Below, one piece after another: positions 24,939 to 38,130 of a stretch of DNA of 64,000 bases. Position numbers and translations under genes: made by a program. The stretch lies in assembly GCF_004010195.1 (NCBI RefSeq), contig NC_057728.1:51837444-51901443 (forward strand). Direction: 5' to 3'. Within the stretch, counting starts at the first letter, position 1. Each line of letters begins with the position of its first letter. The notes below the pieces were generated by a model. It did not search any database. It was not told where the DNA came from and saw only the letters and a list, made by a program, of their open reading frames with translations. This DNA comes from Chiloscyllium plagiosum (Eukaryota).

Positions 24939-25181
24939 GTCATTTCCGGCACCTCCAAACATCGTATCATCCGTCGTCATTTCCGCCACTCCAAACATCG
25001 TATCATCCGTCGTCATTTCCGCCACCTCCAAACATCGTATCATCCGTTGTCATTTCCGCCACCTCCAAACATCGTATTATCCGTCGTGATTTCCGCCACC
25101 TCCAAACATCGTATCATCCGTCGTCATTTCTGCCACCTCCAAACATCGTATCATTCGTCGTCATTTCCGCCACCTCCAAAC
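24939..25181 (+). repeat. About 6.6 tandem copies of a 37-bp unit at the fold-back inversion point
   Basis: gtcatttccgccacctccaaacatcgtatcatccgtc repeated without spacers. Confidence 0.95.
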
Positions 25182-25931
25182 GGACCCCACCACCAGGGAT
25201 ATATTTCCCTCTCCTCCCCTATCAGCGTTCCGAAAAGACCACTCTCTCCGTGACTCCCTTGTCAGGTCCACACCCCCCACCAACCCAACCTCCACTCCTG
25301 GCATCTTCCCCTGAAATCGCAAGAAATGCAAAACTTGCACCCACACCTCCCCCCTTACTTCCCTCCAAGGCCCCAAGGGATCCTTCCATATCCTCCACAA
25401 ATTCTCCTGCACCTCCACACACATCATTTACTGCATCCGCTGCACCCGATGTGGCCTCCTCTATATTGGGGAGACAGGCCGCCTACTTGCGGAACATTTC
25501 AGAGAACACCTCTGGGACACCCGGACCAACCAATCCAACGACCCCGTGGCTCAACACTTCAACTCCCCCTCTCACTCCACCAAGGACATGCAGGTCCTTG
25601 GATGCCTTCATCGCCAGACCATAGCAACACGAGGGCTGGAGGAAGAGCGCCTCATCTTCCGCCTAGGAACCCTCCAACCACAAGGGTTGGACTCAGATTT
25701 CTCCAGTTTCCTCATTTCCCCTCCCCCCACCTTGTCTCAGTCCCAACCCTCAAACTCAGCACCACCTTCCTAACCTGCAATCTTCTTCCTGACCTCACCG
25801 CCCCCACCCCCACCCCCACTCCAGCCTATCACCCTCACCTTAACCTGCTTCCACCTATCACATTTCCAACGCCCTTCCCCCAAGTCCCTCCTCCCTACCT
25901 TTTATCTTAGCCTGCTGGACACACTTTCCTC

Positions 25932-25967
25932 ATTCCTGAAGAAGGGCTCATGCCCGAAACGTCGATT
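25932..25967 (+). ncRNA. Minimal hammerhead ribozyme (family A), mirror copy
   Basis: attcCTGAAGAagggctcatgcccGAAACGTCgatt. Confidence 0.8.
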
Positions 25968-26043
25968 CTCCTGCTCCTTGGATGCTGCCTGACCTGCTGC
26001 GCTTTTCCAGCAACACATTTTCAGCTGTAAACTCTATATATCA

Positions 26044-26195
26044 GAGTCATAAGAGTCATAGAGATGTACAGCATGGAAACAGACCCTTCGGTCCAACTTT
26101 TCCATGCTGACCAGATATCCCAACCCAACCTGCCAGCACCTGCCCCATATCCCTCCAAACCCTTCCTATCCATATAAATGTTTTAAATGCTGCAA
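26044..26195 (-). mobile_element. CR1 extreme 3' end
   Basis: (gagtcata)n tail followed by gatgtacagcatggaaacagacccttcggtccaac. Confidence 0.85.
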
Positions 26196-28397
26196 TCTAG
26201 TATCTATTACCTTAATCCTGGGAACTGGGCGTTTTCAATATCGACAGGTAACAACCCTACAGCTGAGCCAGAGGCTCTTGGTTTGTCACATGTTGGCCAT
26301 GAAAGGCACGTACATGACACAATTCAAACTGGTGGGCAATCAGCCTGCTAATCCTGCCAGCACTTCCCCGGAAAAGAAATGCATGTGAATATTTGTGACA
26401 AAGTTCTGTATGCATTGTGTGTTGTGTTTCTGATAGCGGTGTCACTTTTTTCTACTGCCATTACTGTTCCTAATAATGACAGCTACATACCCTCCCTTTT
26501 TACCTTCTGTGTATTTTCTAAATATGTTATATTCTCCAATGTTTAACTCCCACCACTAATTTTTTTTGTGCAGTAATGTCGCAATAATCCATTATATGGC
26601 TCCTCCCCAAATGACTGCCTTCAGCTCTCTGTTTTAGTACATTGTGCACATTGCTGTGTGGATATTTTAACTAATTTTGAATACAGCTGTCTTTTAGTTT
26701 ATGTTAAACCATACTTTTAGGCCCTTGCTCTATAATTATTTATTCCCTTGATATCAAGTTCCTTCTGGGTTTGTTTTGATCAAATGGCTTTCTTAAATAC
26801 TTGAGATCGTCTCACATTTTAAAAATGAATTCTAAAACAGATACAAATATCAAGGAGGCACACCATGACCCATAATATGCAGCTTTCCCGTTGAGAGTAC
26901 TTTAAACAATGTTAACAGTTCAAAAATGATTTGCAGAGCCACGCCAAGGCTTTGAACAATGGTGGGGAACTGATTAAACAGGTTGACTACCTCTCCTTTG
27001 GCAATACAGGTCTTTGAAATTATGAAAGAATCTGACGTAGTTGACATGGAGAAGATGTTTCTACCTTTTTTGGGGGGGGCAGGTCTCCAAAACTAAAGGC
27101 CATAAATGTAAGATACTCACTATTACATTAAATATGAGAATCAGGAAAAATTTCCTTGGTGAAAATATGAATGGTTTGTTGGCAACCCAGAGCGATATCA
27201 AAAGCATGGGTTCAAATCCTGACTGAGTTTACTATAAAGTGCTCTCCTTCTAAATCTCTCCCCACACCTGAGGTGGCTCTCAGATTAAACCACCAGTCAT
27301 CTCTCTAATGAGAGGGAGCATTCCTATGGCCCTGAAACACTACGGCAGCTTAACCTGTGAATTCAGTACTATAAAGAGTGACAGAGGCAAACGAGAGAAA
27401 TATATTTCATGGGAAGCGACATATACACATGTGAGTGAGGAAAGTATAGGAGGATATGCTGCTAGGTGAGAATGACAAAGGTGGAAAAGGCAACCTAGAC
27501 AGATTGGTCCAAATGGATTGTTTCTATTCTGTACAGACTATGGACCTCAGTGTAAGGTTTCTGCAACCAAAGTGAAGATTGCGAGGAAGTTAGTAAAGGT
27601 GGAAGAGGAGAGCGAGGACATTCTTTCAGTCTAGAGTCAAATGGCTAAAGACTGTGCAACCAAGCACAGAGTGAAGAATGGGTTTGGAAACAAAAGCATC
27701 CAGAGTGGGAATGTGGAGCATGTGCAGTACTTATGGGCTGGAACATGTTGCAAAGGGAAGTGGTGTGGCTGTGTTACTGAAAGGCAATATGGAGGCCTGG
27801 AACAATAATCCAGAGAACTTGGTTCAATCCCCTCATGAGCTTGAATTGTATTTTTTTAAAATGGGGAAATAGAAAGCTGGTGTCAGTTAGAGTGATCTTG
27901 AAGCTATCTGATATTGTAAAATCCAAAAGGGCTCATTAGTGTCCTTCAGGGAAGAAAGTGTGCCCTTCTTGGTACTCTGGACATATATTTGGGGTCAAAC
28001 CCACACCCATGCGAATCTGAAGTGTCTTCTCAAGTGGCCTGCAAGGGCATGTTCTGAAGGGCAACTGGTGATGAGCAATAGCATTGGCATTGTCAGCAAT
28101 GCCCACATCCAGATAATAAATGTGAAATAGCTCACAACTTAGAATTAGAATGTATAACCTGACACTTTGGTTAGGATGGGGGAGACATGGATTGTTGAGG
28201 AGAGGACATGTGAGTGGACGAGTTACATTTGATGTAACCTAAATGTCTACACAACCTGCATTGAAACAATTCATTTGAAAATGTCTTAGTTACAAATATT
28301 AAAAGAACATAAAAATAATGTATGCTGGAAAAGGATAGCAGTTCAGTCAGCCACAGAGAAGTATCAAGGTGGACTCATAACTAGCTGAATGATTTAC

Positions 28398-28456
28398 CTG
28401 ACAGAGGTGATTTAATGAGGTCTGACGTCTGAGAACCTGCGAAAATCTTCTTGCCA
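28398..28456 (-). CDS. RFX4: RFX4 coding exon (59 nt): (L)ARRFSQVLRRQTSLNHLCQ
   Basis: Manual translation; ctccttttag|TGG acceptor and CAG|gtaaat donor; phases fit neighbouring exons. Confidence 0.96.
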
Positions 28457-28739
28457 CTAAAAGGAGAACAACAAGAGTTTTCAGATAAATAACAAATTAA
28501 AGCATGTAAAATTTTAATGGATTAAACTACTTGTCATTCTCTCTGGTCAACAGTTGCTGAATCATCTCAAAATAGCTCCTCCGTTGCCAGACCCTAAATA
28601 CTCAGCAAAGTAAAATGACCAATTAGCCTCCAGCGATCACCCAGCACTGATACATACCCAACAGCGTCTCCCAGCGCCAAGAAAAATCAGGCAGTTTGAC
28701 CATTTTCAGATATCCATTTCTTCCTTTTCACCAAAGTTG

Positions 28740-29826
28740 GCCCATGCTTACATGTTAAACGTTAAATAGAATATTATGAAAATGGAGAAAGAGATTGCAG
28801 AACTCCAAGATACGGAGATGTCTGGGTATTCTGGTGTGTGAATCACAAAAAGCTAGTGCATATGAGGTAAGTGAAATGTTGGAAGTTATTGCAAAGAGAA
28901 TCAAGCATAAAAGTAGGTGACTGTTGTAAATGGAATCAGGTGGCCCAGTGTCAATGTCACTGGACTCATAACCAAGAGTTCCAGTGTAATGTTTGAGGGG
29001 CAAGGATGAAATTTTAATTCATAAAATATCTAGCCACATAATGACCATGCCTAATATCATAAAAGCCCATCTGGTTCACTAATGTCTTGTAGAGAAGGAG
29101 ATCCTTACCCAGAATGGCCTATATGTGAGTCGAGGCCCTCTTTGCAATTACTGATGGGAATGAAAACTGGCTTAGCCAGTGACGCCCTCATCCTGTTTAT
29201 GAATGAAACTATGCAAGGCCATGTTGAGACCTTATCCGGAGTACTGTGTACAGTTCTGGACACCTTGTTTAAGAACATAATGGAATTAGAGGCAGTTCAT
29301 AGAAGATTCACTTGACTGACTCTTGGGATGGAAGGATTAGTTTACTTGAAATTGAATTAGCAGATAGGGCCTATATCCACTGGAGTTTAGATGAATGAGA
29401 GGAGATCTCATTGAAACATGTAAGATCCTGAGCCGACTTGACAAAGATCACTGCTGAGATGATGTTTCCCTTTGAGGGGAAGTGGGTTTAGAATTAGTGG
29501 AAGTAGTTTAAGAATTAGGAGTTTCCCATTTAAAACTGAGATGAGGAGAAATCTTTTCTCTCAGAGGATCATGAATCTGTGGAATTCTCCTCCCACAAAA
29601 GCAAGGGAGAATGAATTATTGAATTTATTAAAGGTTCAGTTAGATACATTTTTGATGATCAAGGGTCTCAAAGGTTAGGGAGAGGGAAATGACAGGAAAG
29701 TATGGTGAAGGGAGAGGGGATGTGCTGAAGACAGGAAAGTGGATCTAAGGCCACAATCAGATCAGGCACAATAAAACAGAGAGGACTTAAGGAGCCAAAT
29801 GGCCTACTTCACTCCCAAATCTTATG
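28740..29826 (+). mobile_element. Decayed CR1 3' region with nested short repeat
   Basis: LEAVHRRFT; FKTEMRRNLFSQRIMNLWNS. Confidence 0.75.
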
Positions 29827-29861
29827 TTTTTCACTAGTTTAGGAGTGGCACACTATAAATC

Positions 29862-30659
29862 AAAGTTAAAAATCACATAACACCAGGTTATAGTCCAACA
29901 GGTTTAATTGGAAGCACTAGTTTTCGGAGCGCCGCTCCTTCATCAGGTGATTATGGAGGACACGATTGTAAGACACAGAATTTATAGCAAAAGTTTACAG
30001 TGTGATGTAACTGAAATTATACATTGAAAAATACCTTGATTGTTTGTTAAGTCTCTCATCTGTTAGAATGACCATGATAGTTTCACTTCTTTCATATGTA
30101 AATCACAAACCTTTTTTTAAAAAGTTACATTCTCAGGTTAACTGTAACAATTGGTGTTAGCCAGATAACATGTTGAAGGTGATTCTAATGTTTAGACTGA
30201 TTCTAATCCAAAAAGTGAGTTAACAGAGTCTTACATGGATTCACTTTTTAGATTAGAATCAGTCTAAACATTATGGCACAGACAGGGAACACAGGGGACT
30301 AACACCTTCAACATATTATCTGGCTAACACCAATTGTTACAGTTAACCTGAGAATGTAACTTTTAAAAAAAAGGTTTGTGATTTACATATGAAAGAAGTG
30401 AAACTATCATGGTCATTCTAACAGATGAGAGATTTAACAAACAATCAAGGTATTTTTCAATGTATAATTTCAGTTACATCACACTGTAAACTTTTGCTAT
30501 AAATTCTGTGTCTTACAATTGTGTCCTCCATAATCACCTGATGAAGGAGCGGTGTTCTGAAAGCTAGTGCTTCCAATTAAACCTGTTGGACTATAACCTG
30601 GTGTTGTGTGATTTTTAACTTTGTACACCCCAGTCCAACACAGACATCTCCAAATCATG
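29862..30659. mobile_element. Non-coding Penelope-like fold-back (family C-related), ~320-bp near-perfect arms plus an inner hairpin
   Basis: 29861-30181 inverted against 30303-30623; 30186-30218 against 30241-30273; 36-nt tail 30624-30659; TSD actataaatcaa at 29852 and 30660. Confidence 0.92.
30535..30569 (+). ncRNA. Minimal hammerhead ribozyme (family C); mirror copy at 29915-29949 on minus
   Basis: CAC-CUGAUGA-A-GGAGC GGU GUUCU-GAAA-GC-UA-GUG; stem I CAC/GUG, palindromic AGCU stem III. Confidence 0.8.
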
Positions 30660-31050
30660 ACTATAAATCAATAATCTGTATTATTACAATGTGGGTGGAC
30701 ATTGGTCATGACTAGAATCACCAGTAATTTTCAATTCCACAAAGTGGAACAAAGTGACCAATAGATTGCTTACCATTCATAGAAACACCCAGTATTTATC
30801 CCATTCAATTCAATGGGTTGAGAATCAAGGTTTCTAGAATGTTGGCAATCCCTTCAACCCCATTCATACTCCCCGACTACTTCAATCATTGCAGCAATTT
30901 TTATTTGCTTGATGATATAAAATTACATATATGCCACACTTTCCCAATTATGGCCTCAGTTTTAACTCTGCTTAGGTGAATGGATTTTGAGCGAATTAAA
31001 ATCTCAACATTTCTTCCAGTTACCCTTTAGTGATTCGGACCTCTGAACCA

Positions 31051-31175
31051 TGATGAAGGGCTTCTGTCCGAAACATCAATTCTCCTGCTCCTCGGATGCT
31101 GCCTGACCTGCTGTGCTTTTCCAGCACCACACTCTCGACTCTGATCTCCAGCATCTGCAGTCCTCACTTTCTACT
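31051..31175 (+). mobile_element. Short HHR-plus-tail unit (family A)
   Basis: tgatgaagggcttctgtccgaaacatc...ctccagcatctgcagtcctcactttct. Confidence 0.85.
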
Positions 31176-32330
31176 ACTCTGACCTCTGACCCCTGCTTCA
31201 TCTTTAATGGTCATTACAGCCCCCTCAGCCTCCAGTTTCAAAAAATCAAGCTTCGAGGGCTTTTCAATACAGTAGTTGTGGACTATTATTAACAAAAGAA
31301 GCGATTTTGGCTACTGACCACATTTAGTTCAAATGCCAGCTGTTTTACAAACTTATGGGAACTTTCTTCGATTTAATGTTATTCTGTCATGGGCCGTGGG
31401 TGTAGCTGGAAAGATTGGCATTTTTTGTCCATCCCTAATTGCACTTGAACTGAGTGGCTTACTAGTCCATTTCAGAGGTCAGTTAAGAGCCAACATCATG
31501 GCTTGGAAGTGATGTGTAGACCAGACCAGGTAAGGATAGCAGATTTCCATCTCTAAAGGACATTAGTGAACCAAATGGGTTTTTACATTACAGATTTATC
31601 AACCCCATCAGTTGCCTTGGTGGGACTTGAACCCATATCCTAAGAACATTAGCTTTAGTTTTGATTCATAAATCAGAGACTTGACCATTACACCACAATT
31701 GCCCCCCTTACTTAAAAAGGACTTGCAAAAGTTAATTTCCATTTCTAAGCAATTTGTGAAAAAACAATCTTGAAATGTTATAAACTTTGATGTTTGTGCA
31801 TCCACAATCCTGATAGAAGGTTCATCAAAATGTGCTTTTCCAGAGGTATATAGCATAAAAACATAAGCAGTCAGAACAGGAGTAGGCCTTTCGGCCCTTC
31901 AAACCTGCTCCATCATTCAAACCTGCCCCATCATTCAAACCTGCTCCATCATTCAACATTGTTATTTCCAACCCCACAGGTCACAGAATTGTTATGGTGC
32001 AGAAGGAGGTCACTCAGCCCATCATGCCTGCACCAGCTCATTACATGAGCATTATTACTCCCCCGCCTTCAATATTTCCATATCCCTTAATTGGCTTGGA
32101 AACCAAACATCTATCAAGTATTGCCTTGAAAATACTCATAATTAGTGGAACATTTGCAAAAAATTCCAAACATTCACAACTCTCTACGTGAAGTAATTTC
32201 TCCTCATCTCTGTCTGAAATTAGGCCGAATCAGACTGTGGCCCCATGTCTTACATCATCCAACCAGAGCAAAAACATTTCTCAGGAACAACAATCTGGGG
32301 ACTCAGAGCAGATCAAACTGTCCGTTAAAA

Positions 32331-32457
32331 AGGAGAAAGTGAGGACTGCAAATGCTGGAGATCAGAGCTGAAAAATGTGTTGCTGGAAAAGCGCAGCAGG
32401 TCAGGCAGCATCAAAGGAGTAGGAGAATCGACATTTCGGGCATAAGCCCTTCTTCAG
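32331..32457 (-). mobile_element. Short HHR-plus-tail unit (family A)
   Basis: Ends exactly at the HHR core (cttcttcag); flanked by gttaaaa on both sides. Confidence 0.88.
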
Positions 32458-35400
32458 TTAAAACACTGTATTTGAATTTTTCTATCTGGACTGAACTTAT
32501 GAACAAAAACTTCAAACTGACATCTCCCCAAACTCTCGTGAAAACATGGTGGAGTTACAGTTCAGTCAAGCGGTCTGAGTTGCTATGGGAACGTACACAC
32601 TTCCATGCACAACTGGAGTTACTGCCGCGATGGTAAAGACTCCGTTATGTGGTTGACCAAGAACCTCTCCCACTTTTGGAGACTACCGTTGGAGGATTTG
32701 CAGGTTCACCCTCAACCTGTTTGGCCACGTTATGAACACACATTCCTTTGATATCAAATCCACGAATGAGACTTGAGCCCTAAACTTCAGCAGTGACACT
32801 ACCAACTGCACCATTTTATATATATATGTATATGAATGAATGAATTAGCTTTGTGGATACTCCCACACTAACCTCACTGACAAAGTAAGTCAGTTAAAAC
32901 TAAATATTTGAACAGAAATTAATTGTAGCTTGGAATTGGATGATTTACCACAGAGTCCTACGCCCCAAAAAGAATCAACTAATGAAAACTTGTAAAATAT
33001 TATTTCATGCATCTTCAGGACATTGTTAGAGAGCGAGAAAAAAATAAGTTGAATTCAAATAGTGCCTTTCACAGCCTCAGAATGCCTTGCAGCCAATGAA
33101 ACATTTTTGAACTTTTGCCACTGCTGTAATGTGGCAAATGCAACAGTAAGTAAACAGCAAGATCCCATAAACTGCCTTGTGATTGTGGTCAAATAATCTT
33201 AGTGCAGAATTCCTAACTGTTGACCTGTTCTTCTGGGCACAGTATTTATTCGACTGCTTCAGTTAAGTTTCTGGTTAATGGTAGGTAAACACCTGCAGAA
33301 GTCAACGCTGGACCCTTGAGGAGCTCAGATCAGTTACAATATAGTCCAGGAAAAGTTGCCAATACTTAGTTAGCACATTCTCTACTGCTCAGTGTTGCTA
33401 CAGACAGATATTTAGCTGTGGGTCCAATCAAGGAATAGATGCAATGTGTGGGTATTTAGTGCTTCAGAGAATATGAGTGCAAATCTCACTGCAGTTGAAC
33501 ATGAATTGATATCAGAGAGCAGACACTGATGGAAATGACCACACGTCATTGGATTGTGATTAAAACCTAACCTGAGACAAAGAATTCGGTTATCTTTGCT
33601 CAGTCTGGCCTAATATGCGAGTTGAGCATCATGTGTTGATAGTTAATTGGCTATTGAAATGAGTCAGCCACTCAGACTGGTCACCACCTTCCCAGGTTTT
33701 CCAGGATTGGGCCGTAAATGCCAGGCTGACATCTGAGGAGATAGTGCTTGATGAACCAGCTCAAATGACCAGTGTCTGTGAGCCTCATTTGTCAGAGTTC
33801 ATGCAGCTAGTTCTGAATTGAATGTTATAATTGGCAAACACTGAACATAGGAATGGAATTTTACCTGCTGTACTGAACTGGAGGAGCCAGGGAGCAACAC
33901 CCTGACCCTATCCTGCCCCTGGATACATTTCCACATGGGGTCACATTGGCTGCCTTTGGAATGGAGAGTGGCAGCTAATGTGAATAATAAGGAAAAGCTC
34001 AATAAGGAGTTTTCCCAGATCACCATCATTTTGCAAGTAGTTAAGGAGCTGCCCCTCCCTGTTGGCTGGGGTAGTCACCAGTCATATGCAGGGAGCCTCC
34101 CTGCTGTATCCGGGGGGTGGGCAGCATGTAACATTGTAGCCTGAGGCTTCCTGGCCCAGGCAGGCGAGACCAACATCAGAGTCTAGCTCCCCCACACATG
34201 AGGATGCCTCCATGCTGAGGCACCTGGTATTCCCCTTCCTGCCCTCAGCACAATTGCCCTGCAGCTCTCTTTGGTGGCTCCTACTGAGGCTTCAGAGCTG
34301 CTAGGCCTCTGATTGTGCTGGAAGCACGGTAGACCTGCAGCAACTCCACCCTGCCCCAATCCCTCCACACCCCTAGTTAGACACCTGACACCACCAGCTA
34401 GCTCTTAATTGCCACCTCCTGGGAAAACGATGGCCGAGTGGATTGTATCCAAAACAAGCAGATCTCCAATGTTTTGAGAAAACATTTGCCCCTATACTTG
34501 TTCCAACTGGCTTGCTTTTCATTAGGGAATTACATCGCTCTGCTTTGTTTTCATTTAGATAACTGGCATTTTCTTTCCAGCACAAAAGAATTAAAGATTA
34601 AGCATTGAAAGTGAGTTCATTTTAGTCTGCATTATCCGCCCATATGGTTATGGCAGGAGAATGTGAAGATTATCAGACAGCGATACAGCACAAGGGAAAA
34701 CTCAACATGTCTTCAAAAGAATGCTCCAATTTGACCATTCCTCTCCTCTGATCCCACAGACTTGTAATTGTTTCCTTCTCAAGTATTGATTAAATTATTA
34801 TTGTGTTTTATTAGTGATTGTTAATTTTTAAAATTCATTTATGGGATGTGGATAACTCTGGCTATGTTCGCAGTTATTAACCATCCCTAACACTCAGAGA
34901 GCAGTTAGAGTCATTACTGTGGATCACATGTAGAACAGGTAAGCATCGCAAATTTCCTTCTTTAAAGGACATTATTAACAATAGTTTCTTGTTGGCATTC
35001 ACTTTCAGATTTTTATTAATTAGTTCAAGAGAGATTTGAACTCATGGCCCCAGAGCATTAAATTAGAGTCAACTTGATTATAATCCACTGGTATTACCAG
35101 TGCAATCATCTTTCCAGGAAATGAGGATGTGATGTGGAGTGGTAGGTGCTGTTTGGTCTTCTAAATCTTATGAGAGGAAATTCCTCTTTCTTCCAGTGAT
35201 GAGAACAGGTTGTGAGTTATCTGGTGCCCTTGTGCATGTTATTACATGCTGCATGATCTCTTACAGCGTAATGTTTGTCCAATCTGTTAATGTTTGATCA
35301 AATGGTACATATCATATGTTCTACCCTCTCCTCTAAAGTCATTCAAAAGTTTCTTCTCAAGAGCTTTACAATTGCCTCGAAACTGGAACTTTACTTTCTT

Positions 35401-36199
35401 CTATTGTGTATGGCTTTTGCCTTTGAACTTAAAACAGAATGGGATGATTTCAGCATTGCCATTTGCTTCCACCAGTACATTCTTTCTCCAGTAACATTTT
35501 TATTCTCACTTCCGATATCTTACTGTCCTGTCAGTCTGGTTTTGTTTAGCAGGTCTTTGGAGGTGATATTATTTTCTTGGGCAGTCCCTTGGGACCGAGG
35601 CTGACTTTCTCCGACTCTGATGATCGGGATCCTGAGGTGACTAAACAGCCCAACCATTGGATCCACACACCGTCCCATCAGTGGGACAGATGATGTTTGA
35701 AGAATTAGGTGGGTTGGTGGGTGAGATACTCAGTGCTGCTTCCCCAGTCTAGACAGCCTTGGGCTACAGATTCCCACAGGTTGGTATGAGGATCGCATTT
35801 TTTCAGTGAGGCTCTGAGAACATTTTAAAAGCATTTTCTCTGCACTCCTGGTAACTGTTTGCCATGACAAAGGTTGCAGTAGAGAGCTTAGGGTATTTTA
35901 TTTCGCATGTGGACTATGTAGCTTCCCAAAGGAGCTGGTTGATTGTGACCAATGCCTTGGTACTGGAGCTATTGGCCCAAGAGTGGGAGTATCTATCCTT
36001 CCAGTGAATTTGTCAGATTTGCAGAGTCATTGCTGGTGATGGCTCTCTCAGATTTTGATTTCCTTCATGTACATTGTTCAGAGGGTGATGTAACATGGAT
36101 GATGCGCCTTCATGCACTGCGAATTTACTACAATGTTAAGACAATGCCCAACTCTACGTTCTTGCCTTTGGCCTAAAATCTTTAATAGTTTTGCTTTAA

Positions 36200-37240
36200 C
36201 AACAAATTATCTATCTCAGATTTAAAATTAAACACTGATCCAGCATCTACCACCCTTTGTGGATAGAAGTGCTTCTTAACATCTCTCCTAAACAGTCTGA
36301 TCCTAATTCTCACACTATGCCCCCTAGTTCTAGAATCCTCAACCAGCGAAACCCCAAAGCAGTAGTTTATCTTTATCTATCTTGTCTTCTCCTGTTAATA
36401 TCTTGAAGGTCACCCCTTAACATTCTAAATTCTAGAGAAAACAGGCCTGATTTATAAAATTTCTCCTCATAATTTAAACCCAAAGCCCAGGTATCATTCT
36501 TGTGAACTCCCTCCAAGGCCAATATATCCTTCCTCAGATGTGGTGCCCTGATCTGCTCACAGTACTCCAAGTGGTGTCTAACTAGAATTTTGCAGCAGAA
36601 CTTCTGCATCCTTGTATTCAAGTCCTCTAGATATAAAGGCCAGCATTTCATTAGCTTTCTTGACTATTTCCTGTACCTGTTCATGACATTAAAGAGCTAT
36701 GCACCTGAATAACCAATTTTCTTTGGGCATCCACTGTACTTAACTTCATACTATCTAAAAAGTTCCCTGATCTAACTTTCATTGGTCCAAAATTGATAAC
36801 CTCAGCACTTGCTTACAGTGAACTCCATCTGCCACAGTTTTGCCCATTCACCTAATCTATCAATATCTCTTTGTAATTTTAGGCTATCATCTACACTACC
36901 TATAATGCCGCCTAGCTTTGTGCCATTACCAAATTTAGATATATGACTCTCTATGCCATTATCCAAGTCATTAATAACTGACTTGAATAACTGAAGCCTT
37001 AACACAAATTCTGGGGGACACCACTCCGGTCACATCCTGTCAATTAAAGTACCTACCCAAATTCCCTACTTTCTGTCACCTGCCGCTCAACCAATCTCCC
37101 AGCCATGTCAGTAATTTGCCCTCAATTCCATAGGCTTCCACCTTAGCTAACTGCCTCTCTATCAAAGGCCTTCTGGATTTCTATACAAACAACATTGATA
37201 AACATTCCCCTGTTCACCATCTTAGTCACTTCTTTAAGTG
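36200..37240 (-). mobile_element. CR1 LINE remnant
   Basis: INDLDNGIESHISKF...LQRDIDRLGEWAKLWQMEF; LVRHHLEYC. Confidence 0.88.
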
Positions 37241-38130
37241 AAAACTCCATGATTTTTTCAGCATCCAGCCTATCAAAGTTCCCTTAAGTACAGTGAAGAC
37301 CAGTTTTTACTTGGAACCTGACCAACATCTCTCAGAAATAGGCCCCAGATCATGGAAAGCGTGACAGTGATATTAAAGCAAAATACAGAAAATCCATTAG
37401 ATCTGAAATATAAATGCTCGGAGAAACTAAGCAGGTCTGGCAGCATCTGTAGAGACAGAAACAGAGTTAACATTTCAAGTAGAGTATGACCATTCTCTGA
37501 GACAGTGACGGTGTATAATATTTCCTCGAAGATGTGCCGGCCTGTGTCACTCATGCTGAACAGTGAGAGATTCATTGATGTCCAGTTATGGAAACCACCG
37601 AGCACGGATCTCAGAAAAGTCTGCACATCTACAAGTAAAAAAAGATCGGGAATCTAATTTTCCACCCAGTGATTTCCTATGCTCGGCAAATTAATGAGCA
37701 ACCAGTTAATGCACACTAGATTGTGGATTGAATATTCAGTCAGGGTCTGAGGGAAGAGCTTGTTACCATAAAGTTTAGCACATATTCACTAGAGCAAGAG
37801 GGTCTGGGTCTGAATATCAGCGCTTCTAACCACACTGCTCTCTTTCAGTACTACACTTCAGAGTCTGAAGTATTTGCTACAGTGGGGATTGAACTGAGAA
37901 TGTCACTCTCCTACTTCAGGTGAACAATCACTTTTCTTGCTGCCTGCTGGAATATTGACACTCTTGAAGCAACATCACTTGCCAATTAAAAACATCACCC
38001 TGTTCACTCAATGCCAGCACTGGCAGAAATCTGTGGAACATTCTAATTGTGACAGGATGGATTTATCACCTTTAAGCCATGCAGCTATATTTCAATTTGA
38101 TTAAATTGCTGTTTGTCCACTTGGGAGGAT

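Larger units (their letters stand above)
24137..26026. mobile_element. Penelope-like element (family A), tail-to-tail fold-back with GIY-YIG endonuclease C-terminus on both arms
   Basis: FTCTSTHIIYCIRCTRCGLLYIGETGR.LAERFREH...VAQHFN on both strands; TSD ctgtaaactc[g/t]atata at 24121-24136 and 26025-26040; 34-nt tail 24137-24170 on the left only. Confidence 0.95.

Noticed and set aside
24939..25181. 37-bp repeat array as a CRISPR array
   Set aside because: Units are contiguous with no unique spacers, derive from Penelope coding sequence, and sit in vertebrate DNA with no cas genes.
24205..25910. Long overlapping Pro-rich ORFs as host genes or an autonomous element
   Set aside because: Alternative frames of a GC-rich Penelope fragment; only the GIY-YIG C-terminus is present, with no RT core and with stops or frameshifts.
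29862..30659. MITE or foldback DNA transposon, or assembly-artefact palindrome
   Set aside because: The HHR and one-sided tail point to Penelope origin; arms differ by substitutions and an asymmetric indel and are flanked by a TSD, which argues against an artefact.
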